A DNA stretch of 64,000 nt from Candidatus Binatia bacterium (GTDB taxonomy: Bacteria; Desulfobacterota; Binatia; HRBIN30). A program made the translations under genes and the position numbers. The stretch covers positions 7,410 through 71,409 of the forward strand of contig JBBRSP010000032.1 of the NCBI GenBank assembly GCA_038245295.1, given 5' to 3'. Under the pieces are notes generated by a model. That model did no database searches and had not been told where the DNA came from. It saw only the letters and a program-made list of their open reading frames with translations. Shown one piece after another: positions 23,908 through 33,549 of this stretch (position 1 is the stretch's first letter; each line of letters starts with the position of its first letter).

Positions 23908-26900
23908 TCACGGTGAACACGGCGTGCTGCACGTCATGCAGGCACCGCTCGCATCGAAGGCGCTTTGCGGGCACCACGAGACCCCCAAGGGCAAGCCGGC
24001 AGTGCTGGCCAGTTCGCAACACTTCGTCTGCAAGGTCGGGAAATAGCGACTCGCCTCACACGTCGATGAGCCGACGAAACAGACACCGTCGGCGTCGATC
24101 ATCGTCGGTGGAGGAGGCGTTGTCCCGACCACGACGGACGTCGGATTGCACAAGCTGGGAAGTGAGTTGCCGCGGGGATCACTCGCCACCTGGCCGGTGC
24201 ATCCAACCGGATAGCTACCGTTGGGCGCGTTGGCGGGGACGCTGACAACGCAGCTGAACATCGGCGCGCCGTCGGGGATGGGCGCGACATTGTCGAGCGC
24301 GAAGATCAGGGCACGAACCGTCGGGCATTGCCCATCCGGCGTGCACTTGTCTGCCACGAATCGGAACGCCGACTGCGGCTTCTCAATCGCGGGATTTACC
24401 TTGCACACGGGAGCCCCCGTCGTGTCACGAGTGATCTCGAGCGGAGCGACCGGTTGTAGGTCCACCTGGACCCCGGCAACCGCCAGACCAGCCGATGCCA
24501 GGTACGCTTCGATCGTTGCTGAACCACCCGCCAACGTCGTGTTGCTCACGAGGCGAATCGCGACGGCACGCATGGGGTCGATGATTGGTGTCGACGTTGG
24601 TTTAGGGGTCGGGCGCGCCGTTGGAGTTGGCTTGCTGCCATCCGGGTTAAAGACCGTCACGCCGATACGCACGACCGGATCGTAGTAGAGGTAGAAGCGA
24701 CCGAAGATGGTGTAGTCGCCAGGCACCACCGTGTTGCCGCGATCGTCCTTGAGATCCCAATAAGCGCGCAACTGGTACTTGAGCGCTGCGTCGTCACGAC
24801 CCGGGGCTGCGCTGGGCAGGAACGGTTCACCACAGCCTTCCTCGCGGATCGTTCGCACGCGCTCGTCGCCGCGATAGACGTACAGGTCGAGGCATGGGTC
24901 GAAGATGCCGCCGTGCGGTTGGGTTTCGGTGACAGAGTAACGCAGCGTCACCAGGCCCGGAGCCGTGTAGGTATCGCAGTCCGATTCGAGGGTGACGCGG
25001 TTGAAGTCATCCGACCATAAGGCCCGGTTGACATTCTGCGCATCGCAATAGGCGAGCTCCGATGTCTCGAAGACTTCGATCGACAGTTCGTTGCTGCGCT
25101 GCCCGTTGAGTTCGGCCCACAAGCGGACCGTGCCTGCCGCGCGCGCCGTAAGAACGCCAGGGGTGTCGAAGGAAGCAAGGTTCGCATTACTCGTCTTCCA
25201 TGTCGCTGTGGGCGTTATGTCGCGACTTATGCCCACGTCGTAGGTTGCCGTTGCATGGAAGAATCGTTGGTCGGCCTTTGCCACGACACGGTCGCCGCCT
25301 TCTTGATAGATCGACAGGTTGGTGAGAGTTGCCTCGTTGACGATGCGAAGGTCAACCCGGTCGCTATTGTTCCCGGCGAGCGAAGCGGTGACCCCGGCGC
25401 TGCCGGCCTGCTTGGCTGTGAACACGCCGGACGCGTCGATCGTGCCGATTGTTTCGTCGCTGCTGAGCCAGGTGACTTCCTTCGTCACCTCACGCCATTC
25501 GCCGGTATCGTAGTGGGCGGTGGCGTGGAAGCTCACCATGTCGCCGCGCAGCAGGGTGAATGAGTAGCCGCAGTCAAAACAAGGACTGCTTCCATCGGAG
25601 GCAATCGGACCACCGGTGATTGCCGGATAGGCGATGTCGCCGGGGTAGATGGACAACGAGACCAAAGTCGATTCCGCGACGATGCGGATCTCAAGCTTGT
25701 CGCTGGAAACACCAGCGAGGGACGCCGTAACCCCGGCGGTTCCCGCGGCCGTCGCTGTGAACGTCCCTTTGTCGATTGTGGCGCTCGCGGCGGGGTCGAC
25801 AGTCCATTCGACCTTGTCGGTTACGTTTTCATAAGAGCCATCGGCAAACTCGGCGTAGGCGCCAAACTGTAGGGTGGTTCCGAGACGGACGACCTGACCG
25901 CAGTTGGGCCGCGGCAACAAGTCGGCCGTCGGTGCCGCGTAGTAGCAAGGCGGTAGGGACGAGGGCAGGGCGGCGCCCGGAGCACCGCTGGCGCGATCGT
26001 CAGCGAAGATCGGACCACAGAAGCAAGATTCGTTCTGGACGCTGAGCTGGCGCACGGCCGGACGATCAACGACGGCCAGGTTGGCGGAGCGATCGGTGTC
26101 TCCAAGCTTGGCGTGGATTGCTGTGGTGCCTGTACGCAGAGCGTTGATGCGGCCCCACGAATCGACTGTCGCGATAGTGTCATCCGACGACGACCATTGC
26201 ACCAGATAGGTGACGTCCACCACGGAGCCGTCTGAGAGTTGTGCCGTTGCGAAGGCCTGCACCGTTCGTCCAACGACGAGTTGCGGCTGGATGGCAATCG
26301 TGATGTCGGTGAGGTCGATGGGATCACAAGAGGGAAGGCACGCCGTGCGTGGACAATCGTCGCAGCCCTCGCAACTCGGCACACACACGCAGCGGTCGCC
26401 CGGCATTTTGCAAGTGGAATCCTCGGAGCAACGATATGGCCGGGTGCCCGGGGTATCGACGCAGATGCCGGGACTTTCGCAGTTATCACAGAAGGGGCAC
26501 GCCGCCAGACAGGCGCACAGGTAGGCGTCGCCGCAGCCGCCGTCTCCGGCGCAGGACCATGTCGAGGTCTGACAACCGCGCGCGTCGAAGTGGCCATCGC
26601 GATCCAGATCGCTGTAGGTTGCGCGTGGGTCGCCAAGCTCCACCACCTTGCCGTTTTCGAACACAACCACAGTGGCGTAGGGCCCGTGGATTTCGCGTAT
26701 CGTATGGCCATCCTGTAAGTAGGTGATGTCGCTACGGAGTAGGCCTTGGCCAACCTCGGCGCGTACCGTGGCGCTGCCGTCGGCCCCGACCACAAAGGGG
26801 AGGTCGATCGGCACGAGGTTGCCGCCGACCGTCTTGGTCAGACGGAGCGTGTAACGACCAGGAGCCAGGTTTTCGATGCGGAACTGGCCGTCTTTCCCAG

Positions 26901-27261
26901 TGACTCCGACCTTGGCGTTGTTCTCATCGACGATCCAGTCGGCGTTTGAAAGAGAATGTTCGAAGGAAGCCTCGTCGCCTTTTGAACCCCAACCCGGCGG
27001 TGGCGCGCCCAGGTCGACCGCACCCTGGGCGGCGACGTCGCTGCCGACCACGACGAGTCCCGCGACGGCGTTGCTGCTCACCGTGGTCGGCGTCGCGGTC
27101 GGCCGTGACGTGGCCGTACGTGTCGGGCTCAAAGTTGCCGTTGCGACGTTTCCCGGGATCGTCAGATCCGAACCACCGCCGCCGCAACCGGCGGCGAGCG
27201 TGATCAGGATCGCGAATGTTGCGGTGGCCCATGTGTGGAGAACGGCGTGGCGTGCGGTCAT
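23908..27261 (-). CDS. Large surface lipoprotein: Cys-rich segments, about 4 Big_2 Ig-like domains, cohesin-like C-terminal domain
   Basis: Lipobox LAAGC; repeated A.A.(Y/F/L).DG...DVT..V.W.SSD..IA.VD..G...A..G...I.A.L; PT linker; VAGVQVDL...VRALIF...IPDG..MFSC domain. Start at MTARH with GAAGGAGG RBS. Confidence 0.8.
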   Translation of the reverse strand: MTARHAVLHTWATATFAILITLAAGCGGGGSDLTIPGNVATATLSPTRTATSRPTATPTTVSSNAVAGLVVVGSDVAAQGAVDLGAPPPGWGSKGDEASFEHSLSNADWIVDENNAKVGVTGKDGQFRIENLAPGRYTLRLTKTVGGNLVPIDLPFVVGADGSATVRAEVGQGLLRSDITYLQDGHTIREIHGPYATVVVFENGKVVELGDPRATYSDLDRDGHFDARGCQTSTWSCAGDGGCGDAYLCACLAACPFCDNCESPGICVDTPGTRPYRCSEDSTCKMPGDRCVCVPSCEGCDDCPRTACLPSCDPIDLTDITIAIQPQLVVGRTVQAFATAQLSDGSVVDVTYLVQWSSSDDTIATVDSWGRINALRTGTTAIHAKLGDTDRSANLAVVDRPAVRQLSVQNESCFCGPIFADDRASGAPGAALPSSLPPCYYAAPTADLLPRPNCGQVVRLGTTLQFGAYAEFADGSYENVTDKVEWTVDPAASATIDKGTFTATAAGTAGVTASLAGVSSDKLEIRIVAESTLVSLSIYPGDIAYPAITGGPIASDGSSPCFDCGYSFTLLRGDMVSFHATAHYDTGEWREVTKEVTWLSSDETIGTIDASGVFTAKQAGSAGVTASLAGNNSDRVDLRIVNEATLTNLSIYQEGGDRVVAKADQRFFHATATYDVGISRDITPTATWKTSNANLASFDTPGVLTARAAGTVRLWAELNGQRSNELSIEVFETSELAYCDAQNVNRALWSDDFNRVTLESDCDTYTAPGLVTLRYSVTETQPHGGIFDPCLDLYVYRGDERVRTIREEGCGEPFLPSAAPGRDDAALKYQLRAYWDLKDDRGNTVVPGDYTIFGRFYLYYDPVVRIGVTVFNPDGSKPTPTARPTPKPTSTPIIDPMRAVAIRLVSNTTLAGGSATIEAYLASAGLAVAGVQVDLQPVAPLEITRDTTGAPVCKVNPAIEKPQSAFRFVADKCTPDGQCPTVRALIFALDNVAPIPDGAPMFSCVVSVPANAPNGSYPVGCTGQVASDPRGNSLPSLCNPTSVVVGTTPPPPTMIDADGVCFVGSSTCEASRYFPTLQTKCCELASTAGLPLGVSWCPQSAFDASGACMTCSTPCSP

Positions 27262-27285
27262 GGCGGACCCTCCTTCAATGGTTGG

Positions 27286-27336
27286 GAAGTAAACAAAAGT
27301 TGTTTGCTTGTCAATCAAAAAGGTTTTGTGTAGGTT
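27286..27336. promoter_or_regulatory. Overlapping divergent sigma70 promoters with an operator palindrome
   Basis: + strand TTGTCA-N17-TAGGTT; - strand TTGACA at 27314-27309; palindrome AAACAA-aag-TTGTTT at 27291-27305. Confidence 0.55.
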
Positions 27337-27345
27337 GCGCTGCGG

Positions 27346-28155
27346 ATGGCGGCGACGACTACAACCCTCAAGCGTATCGGCGACGTGTTCTACGAAACAC
27401 GCGTGATGGCAGGCCGGCAATTCACGGTCCGGCGTTATGCCGCCGAGGTTCTCGGTGATGCCGTCGACGCGGTGATGCTCAGTTACATCGAGAAGGGCAA
27501 ACGATTCCCGAGCGAGGCTTTGGTGCGACGGTTGGCCGCGGCAAGTGGCCAGGACGCGCATGATGTGCTTGCCATTCTGTGGCGCGATCGGATGCTCTAC
27601 GGATTTGCCAAGGAACTGCGCCGCCTTCTGACTGCACCGCGCGCTCTCGACGGTGTTGAGGACGCGGAGCTGGCCGTGCGCATCAGTCAAGCGATCGCGG
27701 CGTTGCCCGATGACGAGAGCTGGATCACACGCCGCGAGTGGCGTGCCGAGTTTGTCGGTGCATCGCGGCGCGCGGCACGCACGAATCCAAAGCCGGCCGA
27801 TGTCGGTGACCTGGTCGAACAGACGCTGCGTGAGCGCGGCCTGATTGAAGTGCGTGGCCAGAAGGTGCGCCGCAAGGGCCGCCACTTCGTCGCCGAAGGA
27901 GTAGAGGAGCGCCAAGCGCTGGCGATCGAGTTCTGCACTTTGTTCGCCAAGGGCCTTGTCGACAAGCTGGCGCTCGCTGACCAAGACACCGGTACGTATC
28001 TGCGTAATCACTATCTCAACATCGAGACCAAGCGACTTGCCGAGTTTCAGAAGCGTCTCGACGCGGCTTTGCGTGGGTTGGCGCAGGAGTTTGCGGGCGA
28101 TGCCTCGGACGACACGAAGTTCCTCAACGTGCTCGTCACGTCGACGCCCCTCTAG
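27346..28155 (+). CDS. XRE-type HTH transcriptional regulator with an uncharacterised C-terminal domain
   Basis: MLSYIEKGKRFPSEALVRRLA HTH; winged-helix-like middle; C-terminus resembles DUF4423-type domains (tentative). Confidence 0.65.
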   Translation: MAATTTTLKRIGDVFYETRVMAGRQFTVRRYAAEVLGDAVDAVMLSYIEKGKRFPSEALVRRLAAASGQDAHDVLAILWRDRMLYGFAKELRRLLTAPRALDGVEDAELAVRISQAIAALPDDESWITRREWRAEFVGASRRAARTNPKPADVGDLVEQTLRERGLIEVRGQKVRRKGRHFVAEGVEERQALAIEFCTLFAKGLVDKLALADQDTGTYLRNHYLNIETKRLAEFQKRLDAALRGLAQEFAGDASDDTKFLNVLVTSTPL

Positions 28156-28167
28156 GAGATTTGCACC

Positions 28168-28785
28168 ATGACCCTGCTCCCACTTGCTTCGATGATCCGT
28201 CGCTGTGCCGTTGCCCTCGTGATGGCGCTGGTTGTCGCCGGTTGCGGCGGCGGTAGCGGCTCGAGCGGCTTCGATGCGGCGTTCAGTGAGAACGGGGCAA
28301 TCATGCAAGCGCTGGCCGAGTCGCACTGTGTGGCACATGCGGGATTGTCGATCTGTCCGGCCGACGTGGCCACACCACCCGGTGCTCCAGGGGCCGTGGA
28401 AACCGGACTCGATCAGGCGGGTAGCGTGGCGTGTGCGCCGTCGACCGATGGAGCTTGCAGCTTCTCCTTGCCGTTCATGCCACTGGGTTTTCCGTCGAAT
28501 GCCGCCTTTCGCGTCGTCAGTCGCTCGGTGGGCCCGCTGAGGCCATGGCGCATGGGGGCGTTGCCGATGCCCAATGGCCCCCCCGATAGTGGAGACCTCG
28601 AAGTGCCGGTCAATTTCCCGGCGGCGGGTGGTGATCGTCCGGCGCCACTTCACGTACAGATCGCGGTTCTCGTTTATCTGAAACCGTTGCCGAGCAACGT
28701 GCCTTCCATGGCTGACGGCTTGGCGTCCTTCGATGCCGACTTTGCGTTTGTGACGCAGCAACTGACGGCAGGGGTGCAGCCGTAG
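28168..28785 (+). CDS. Hypothetical lipoprotein
   Basis: Lipobox VVAGC followed by GGGSGSSG; AGGAG RBS. Confidence 0.7.
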   Translation: MTLLPLASMIRRCAVALVMALVVAGCGGGSGSSGFDAAFSENGAIMQALAESHCVAHAGLSICPADVATPPGAPGAVETGLDQAGSVACAPSTDGACSFSLPFMPLGFPSNAAFRVVSRSVGPLRPWRMGALPMPNGPPDSGDLEVPVNFPAAGGDRPAPLHVQIAVLVYLKPLPSNVPSMADGLASFDADFAFVTQQLTAGVQP

Positions 28786-28811
28786 GGTGAGGCAAGGCTT
28801 GGGTGTTACGC

Positions 28812-28900
28812 CGCAGGCTAAAGCCTGCGCCTACCGGGCTCAGGCGCCAACCGAAATGGTAATAAGGCAGCCTGCGGGAGCGCGGTAGGCGCAGTCCTGC
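28812..28900. repeat. REP-like pair (GTAGGCGCAGGCTTTAGCCTGCG family)
   Basis: 28812-28835 is the exact reverse complement of 40056-40079; a degenerate inverted copy lies at about 28884. Confidence 0.7.
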
Positions 28901-28910
28901 CCGCCAACTA

Positions 28911-29954
28911 CTAGGGCAGCGGCTGCTGCTGCGTCACGCAGTGGAAGGCGCCGAGACCCCAGACGAGCTCACGTGAGGAGATTCCCACAACCCGACGGGT
29001 AGGGAAGCAATCCCGCAGCACCGCAAGCGCGGCGGCGTCTTTCGGATCGTCGAAGATCGGTACCAGCACGGCGCTGTTGCCGATGTAGAAGTTGGCGTAA
29101 CTCGCCGGTAGTTGCTGGTCCTCGTAAATGACTGGTCGCGGCATCGGTAGGGTCAGTACACGCAGGGGCTGACCATCCTGGTCGGTCATGCCGCGCAATC
29201 GTTTCAAGTTGTCTTGCAGGGGCGCGTAGTTCGCATCGTTCGGGTCGTCTTCGACAACCGTCACGACCGTTGTCGGATCAACAAAGCGCGTCAGATCGTC
29301 GACGTGTCCATCCGTATCGTCCCCGACAATCCCATCTCCCAGCCACAAGACATTTCGCACTCCAAGGTGTGACGCGAGGATTGCCTCGATCTCGGCCTTC
29401 TTCAGGTGTGGGTTGCGATTCGGGTTGAGCAGGCACGCTTCCGTGGTCAGAACCGTGCCGGCACCATTCACGTCGACCGACCCACCTTCGAGGACAACGC
29501 CGGGCTCGAACAAGGGTAGGTCGAGAATCTCGGCGACACGTTGTGGAACGACGTCGTCTTGCTCCCACGGCGGATATTTCCCACCCCACGCATTGTAGAT
29601 CCAATCGATGATCGCCAGTTCCCTGCCATTGGTGACGAACATCGGGCCGTGATCACGTGCCCAGGCGTCGTTGGTCGGCACGACGTGCAGGCTGACGTGG
29701 TCGAGATTGACGCCCGCTGCGCTCAACTGGGCGCGGACATTGGACTGCATGGGCGTATTGAGGACGAGGATGTTGACGTGCTCGCCGGGCGTAAGGGCGC
29801 GTACCATTTCGACCCAGATTGCCGGAATCGGTTCGAAGTTGCCCGGCCACGAAGCTTCCTTGTGCGGCCAAGACAGCCACGTCGCCGCATGCGGAGCCCA
29901 CTCGGCCGGCATGCGCCAACCCTGCGCGGCCGGTGTTCCCGTCAATCGCCGCAT
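28911..29954 (-). CDS. aguA: Agmatine deiminase
   Basis: MPAEW, WARDHGP, LEGGS, DDTDGHVD, ASYANF, GLGAFHCVTQQQP. Confidence 0.95.
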   Translation of the reverse strand: MRRLTGTPAAQGWRMPAEWAPHAATWLSWPHKEASWPGNFEPIPAIWVEMVRALTPGEHVNILVLNTPMQSNVRAQLSAAGVNLDHVSLHVVPTNDAWARDHGPMFVTNGRELAIIDWIYNAWGGKYPPWEQDDVVPQRVAEILDLPLFEPGVVLEGGSVDVNGAGTVLTTEACLLNPNRNPHLKKAEIEAILASHLGVRNVLWLGDGIVGDDTDGHVDDLTRFVDPTTVVTVVEDDPNDANYAPLQDNLKRLRGMTDQDGQPLRVLTLPMPRPVIYEDQQLPASYANFYIGNSAVLVPIFDDPKDAAALAVLRDCFPTRRVVGISSRELVWGLGAFHCVTQQQPLP

Positions 29955-29957
29955 GAT

Positions 29958-30842
29958 CTACTCGCGATCGAGGTAGCGCTTTACCAGACCACCGTAAGCG
30001 TCGATTCGCCGATCACGCAGAAACGGCCAGTTGCGGCGCGTCTCTTCAATGAGGCGCCGATCACAATCGACAATCAGGATCTCCTCACGATCGTGACTGG
30101 CCTGCGCCAGGATGCGACCGAACGGGTCGGCGATGAACGAACCGCCCCAGAATTCGAGAGTGCCTTCGTGGCCGACGCGATTAGCGACGGCGACAAAGAT
30201 GCCGTTCGCCACGGCATGACTGCGCTGGATCGTTTGCCAGGCGTCGTGTTGAGCGGGACCGAACTCGTCTTTCTCGTGTTTGTGCCAGCCGATCGCCGTC
30301 GGGTAGAAGAGCACCTCCGCACCACTCAAGGCGGTGAGCCGGGCGGCCTCGGGGAACCACTGATCCCAGCACACGAGTGTGCCGATGCGGGCGTTTCCCG
30401 CTTCAAAGCTGCGGAACCCCGTATCGCCGGGGGTGAAGTAGAACTTCTCAAAATAGAGCGGGTCGTCCGGGATGTGCATCTTGCGATACAGGCCCGTCAG
30501 AGTGCCGTCCGGACCCATCACGATCGCCGTGTTGTGATACACGCCGGCAGCCCGCTTCTCGAAGATGGAACCGACAACCGTAATGCGGTGCTTGGCGGCG
30601 ACGCGTCCGAGCGCCTCGCTACTGGGTCCAGGAATGGTCTCGGCGAGGTCGAACAGCGCGGCATCTTCGCGCTGACAAAAGTACTGCGACGTGAACAGCT
30701 CTTGCGTGCAGACGACCTGGGCGCCCTTCGATACTGCCTCGTTGATGCGATCGACGGCCTTGGCCAGGTTTGCCGCCACGTCGGTGCCGCAACTCATCTG
30801 CACCACGGCAACACGCAAGGAGGAGCTTGCTGGTGTGCTCAT
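29958..30842 (-). CDS. aguB: N-carbamoylputrescine amidase (C-N hydrolase)
   Basis: QELF, YRKMHIPDDPLYFEKFYFTPGD, CWDQWFPE; adjacent to aguA. Confidence 0.9.
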   Translation of the reverse strand: MSTPASSSLRVAVVQMSCGTDVAANLAKAVDRINEAVSKGAQVVCTQELFTSQYFCQREDAALFDLAETIPGPSSEALGRVAAKHRITVVGSIFEKRAAGVYHNTAIVMGPDGTLTGLYRKMHIPDDPLYFEKFYFTPGDTGFRSFEAGNARIGTLVCWDQWFPEAARLTALSGAEVLFYPTAIGWHKHEKDEFGPAQHDAWQTIQRSHAVANGIFVAVANRVGHEGTLEFWGGSFIADPFGRILAQASHDREEILIVDCDRRLIEETRRNWPFLRDRRIDAYGGLVKRYLDRE

Positions 30843-30965
30843 GCGGCGCTCGATAAGCTGCGCCGGAGAGTGATGCAAGAGCGTGTCGCAAGTCCACGGC
30901 GGATTCGATGGCGCTAACGCGCTCGCAGCCCGCTCACCGCGATCTGCGATCGCTCGAAGAAGCGG

Positions 30966-30991
30966 TCAGCGCAAGCTTTTGCTTGCGCTGA
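30966..30991. promoter_or_regulatory. Perfect 11-bp inverted repeat in a divergent intergenic region
   Basis: tcagcgcaagc-tttt-gcttgcgctga. Confidence 0.4.
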
Positions 30992-31080
30992 GCCTTGTGG
31001 CGGGACCCAAACTGACTTCGTTGACTTAACTCCGGTTGCGTTCCACAACCACAGATCATCTCAAGAGGGCGAGGAGAGTT

Positions 31081-32178
31081 ATGAATTTTGACTTCTCAGA
31101 CGAGCAGAAGTTGCTGCGCCAGACCGCGCGAGAATTTCTGGACAAGAATGCACCGCTGACCTTGTGCCGAGCCGTGTTGGAGTCGGACGCTTCCTTCTCC
31201 GATACTCTGTGGAAGAGTGTCTCGGAGCTCGGCTGGCTTGCCACGTCGATTCCCGAAGAGTTCGGTGGCGCCGGCTTCGGGCGCCTCGAGATGGCGGTCC
31301 TGGCCGAAGAGGCCGGTCGCGTTCTGGCGCCAATCCCGTTTTCGTCGACCGCCTACCTGGCGACCGAAGCGCTGCTGCTCGCCGGAACGGAAGAGCAGAA
31401 GAAGCGCTTCCTGCCGCGTATCGCCACCGGCGAATGGATCGGTGCCTTCGCGCACAATGAAGGTGCCGGCGAGCCCGGACCCAAGCAGATCGCCACGGCG
31501 CTGAAGGACAAACTCAAGGGCAGCAAGTCTCCCGTCGCCGACGGGGATATCGCCCACTTCGCGATCGTCACCGCCAAGAGCGGCAAGGAAGTGGGTCTCG
31601 CGATCGTCGAGCTGGGCGGCCGCGGGATCACCCGCAGCACTCTGCGCTCGATCGACCCGAGCCGGTCGCTTGCGACGCTGACCTTCAAGAACGCCCCGGC
31701 CGAATGGCTAGGCGGCGCACCGTGCGGCTGGGATAAGATCCAGAACCTGCTCGATCGCAGCGCCGTCCTGATGGCCTTCGAACAACTTGGTGGGGCGACG
31801 CGCGCCTTCGAGCTGACGCGCGAATATGTCCTCGGCCGCTACGCCTTCGGGCGGCCCGTCGCCTCCTTCCAGGCGATCAAGCACCGCCTGGCCGACCTCT
31901 ACGTCGCCATCGAGCTGGCGCGTTCGAATTGTTACTACGCCGCCTGGGCTCTGGAGAACGACGCACCGCAGCTCGGTGTCGCTGCGTGTGGCGCGCGTGT
32001 CAGCGCCAGCGACGCCTTCGAGCTCGCCAGCAAGGAAATGGTTCAGATGCACGGCGGTGTCGGCTTCACCTGGGAGTTCGACTGCCATCTCTTCTACCGC
32101 CGCGCCAAGTACCTCGGCAGTATTCTCGGGAGTCCCAACCTGTGGCGCGAACAGTTGGTGCAGCGCCTCGGCGCCTGA
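31081..32178 (+). CDS. Acyl-CoA dehydrogenase (probable partner subunit of an alpha2beta2 pair)
   Basis: MNFDFSDEQ, IPEEFGG, FQAIKHRLAD, HGGVGFTWE. Confidence 0.92.
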   Translation: MNFDFSDEQKLLRQTAREFLDKNAPLTLCRAVLESDASFSDTLWKSVSELGWLATSIPEEFGGAGFGRLEMAVLAEEAGRVLAPIPFSSTAYLATEALLLAGTEEQKKRFLPRIATGEWIGAFAHNEGAGEPGPKQIATALKDKLKGSKSPVADGDIAHFAIVTAKSGKEVGLAIVELGGRGITRSTLRSIDPSRSLATLTFKNAPAEWLGGAPCGWDKIQNLLDRSAVLMAFEQLGGATRAFELTREYVLGRYAFGRPVASFQAIKHRLADLYVAIELARSNCYYAAWALENDAPQLGVAACGARVSASDAFELASKEMVQMHGGVGFTWEFDCHLFYRRAKYLGSILGSPNLWREQLVQRLGA

Positions 32179-32195
32179 TCTGAAGGAGAGAAGAC

Positions 32196-33434
32196 ATGGA
32201 CTTCAACGATACCCCCGAAGAAGCAGCATTCCGTGCCGAAGCGCGGGCGTGGCTCCAAGCCAACGCCGAACCCCTGACCGCCGGCGAAAGCCCGGGCGAG
32301 CTCGAACGCACCAATCCCGAGATCGTCAAACGCTCTCAAGCCTGGCAGGCCAAGAAGGCCGACAACGGTTGGGCCTGCATCACCTGGCCGAAGGAGTTCG
32401 GTGGTCGCGGCGCCACGTCGATTCAGTCGGTCATCTGGGGCCAGGAAGAGGGCAAGTTTCGTACGCCTCCCAACATCTTCGGCATCGGCCAGGGCATGCT
32501 TGGACCGACGATCATGGTGCACGGCACGCAAGAGCAGAAGGATCGCTACATCCGCCCGATGCTGCGCGGCGAAGAGATCTGGTGCCAGATGTTCAGCGAG
32601 CCGAGCGCCGGCTCCGATCTCGCCGGCTTGCGCACGACCGCCGTGCGTGACGGCGATGACTGGATCATCAACGGCCAGAAGATCTGGACCACCGGCGCGC
32701 AGTACTGCAAGTGGGGCATGATCGTCACCCGCACCGACCCCAACGCAGAGAAGCACAAGGGCATTACCTACTTCATCCTCGATATGGAGTCGCCCGGCAT
32801 CGAAATCCGTCCGATCAAACAGATCAACGGCATGTCGGGATTCAATGAAGTGTTCTTCACCGACGTGCGCGTTTCCGACAAGAACCGCGTCGGCGCCGTG
32901 AACGACGGCTGGCGCGGCGCCTTGACGACCTTGATGAACGAGCGCCACTCGATCGGCGCCGGTGGCGGCGGGCCGGACTTCAACGATCTGATTCGCCTCA
33001 CCAAGGAAGTCCAGTGGAACGGCAAACCGGCCTTCGAGGACGCGGGTGTGCGCCAACGCCTGGCCGACTTTTATGTTCGCTTGAAGGGTTTGCAGTACAC
33101 CGGCTATCGCGGCCAGACGGCACTGTCGCGTGGTTCTACGCCGGGCCCGGAGAGCTCGATCGGCAAGCTGGTCGGTGCACCCCTGCGCCAGGATATCGCC
33201 GCATTCGCGATCAGCCTCCAGGGTGCGGCCGGCGCCATTCTCGATCGCGGCGACGGGGTCGAAGAGGGCGTCTGGCAGCAGATGTACCTGGGGACCCCCG
33301 GGCTGCGCTTGGCCGGTGGCACAGACGAAATCCTGCGCAACATCATCGCCGAACGTGTGCTTGGCCTGCCCCCGGAAATTCGCGCCGACAAGGGGATGCC
33401 GTTCAAAGACATCCCCACAGGCCCGAAGAGCTGA
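32196..33434 (+). CDS. Acyl-CoA dehydrogenase
   Basis: WCQMFSEPSAGSDLAGL, NGQKIWT, FNEVFF, GGTDEILRN. Confidence 0.93.
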   Translation: MDFNDTPEEAAFRAEARAWLQANAEPLTAGESPGELERTNPEIVKRSQAWQAKKADNGWACITWPKEFGGRGATSIQSVIWGQEEGKFRTPPNIFGIGQGMLGPTIMVHGTQEQKDRYIRPMLRGEEIWCQMFSEPSAGSDLAGLRTTAVRDGDDWIINGQKIWTTGAQYCKWGMIVTRTDPNAEKHKGITYFILDMESPGIEIRPIKQINGMSGFNEVFFTDVRVSDKNRVGAVNDGWRGALTTLMNERHSIGAGGGGPDFNDLIRLTKEVQWNGKPAFEDAGVRQRLADFYVRLKGLQYTGYRGQTALSRGSTPGPESSIGKLVGAPLRQDIAAFAISLQGAAGAILDRGDGVEEGVWQQMYLGTPGLRLAGGTDEILRNIIAERVLGLPPEIRADKGMPFKDIPTGPKS

Positions 33435-33549
33435 ACCACCGTTCATCCACCACGCCCGACGCCCTCTACCCAATACGCCCGACCCCACCCAATTGGTGGT
33501 AGGGCGTGGTGGGTAGGGCGCCGGGGGTGGATGGCGGCCTCATAGAAGT

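Noticed and set aside
27262-28761. N-terminal ~500 aa of the 1617-aa ORF
   Set aside because: It lies antisense to two credible + strand genes. The real start is MTARH at 27261, which has an RBS and a lipoprotein signal.
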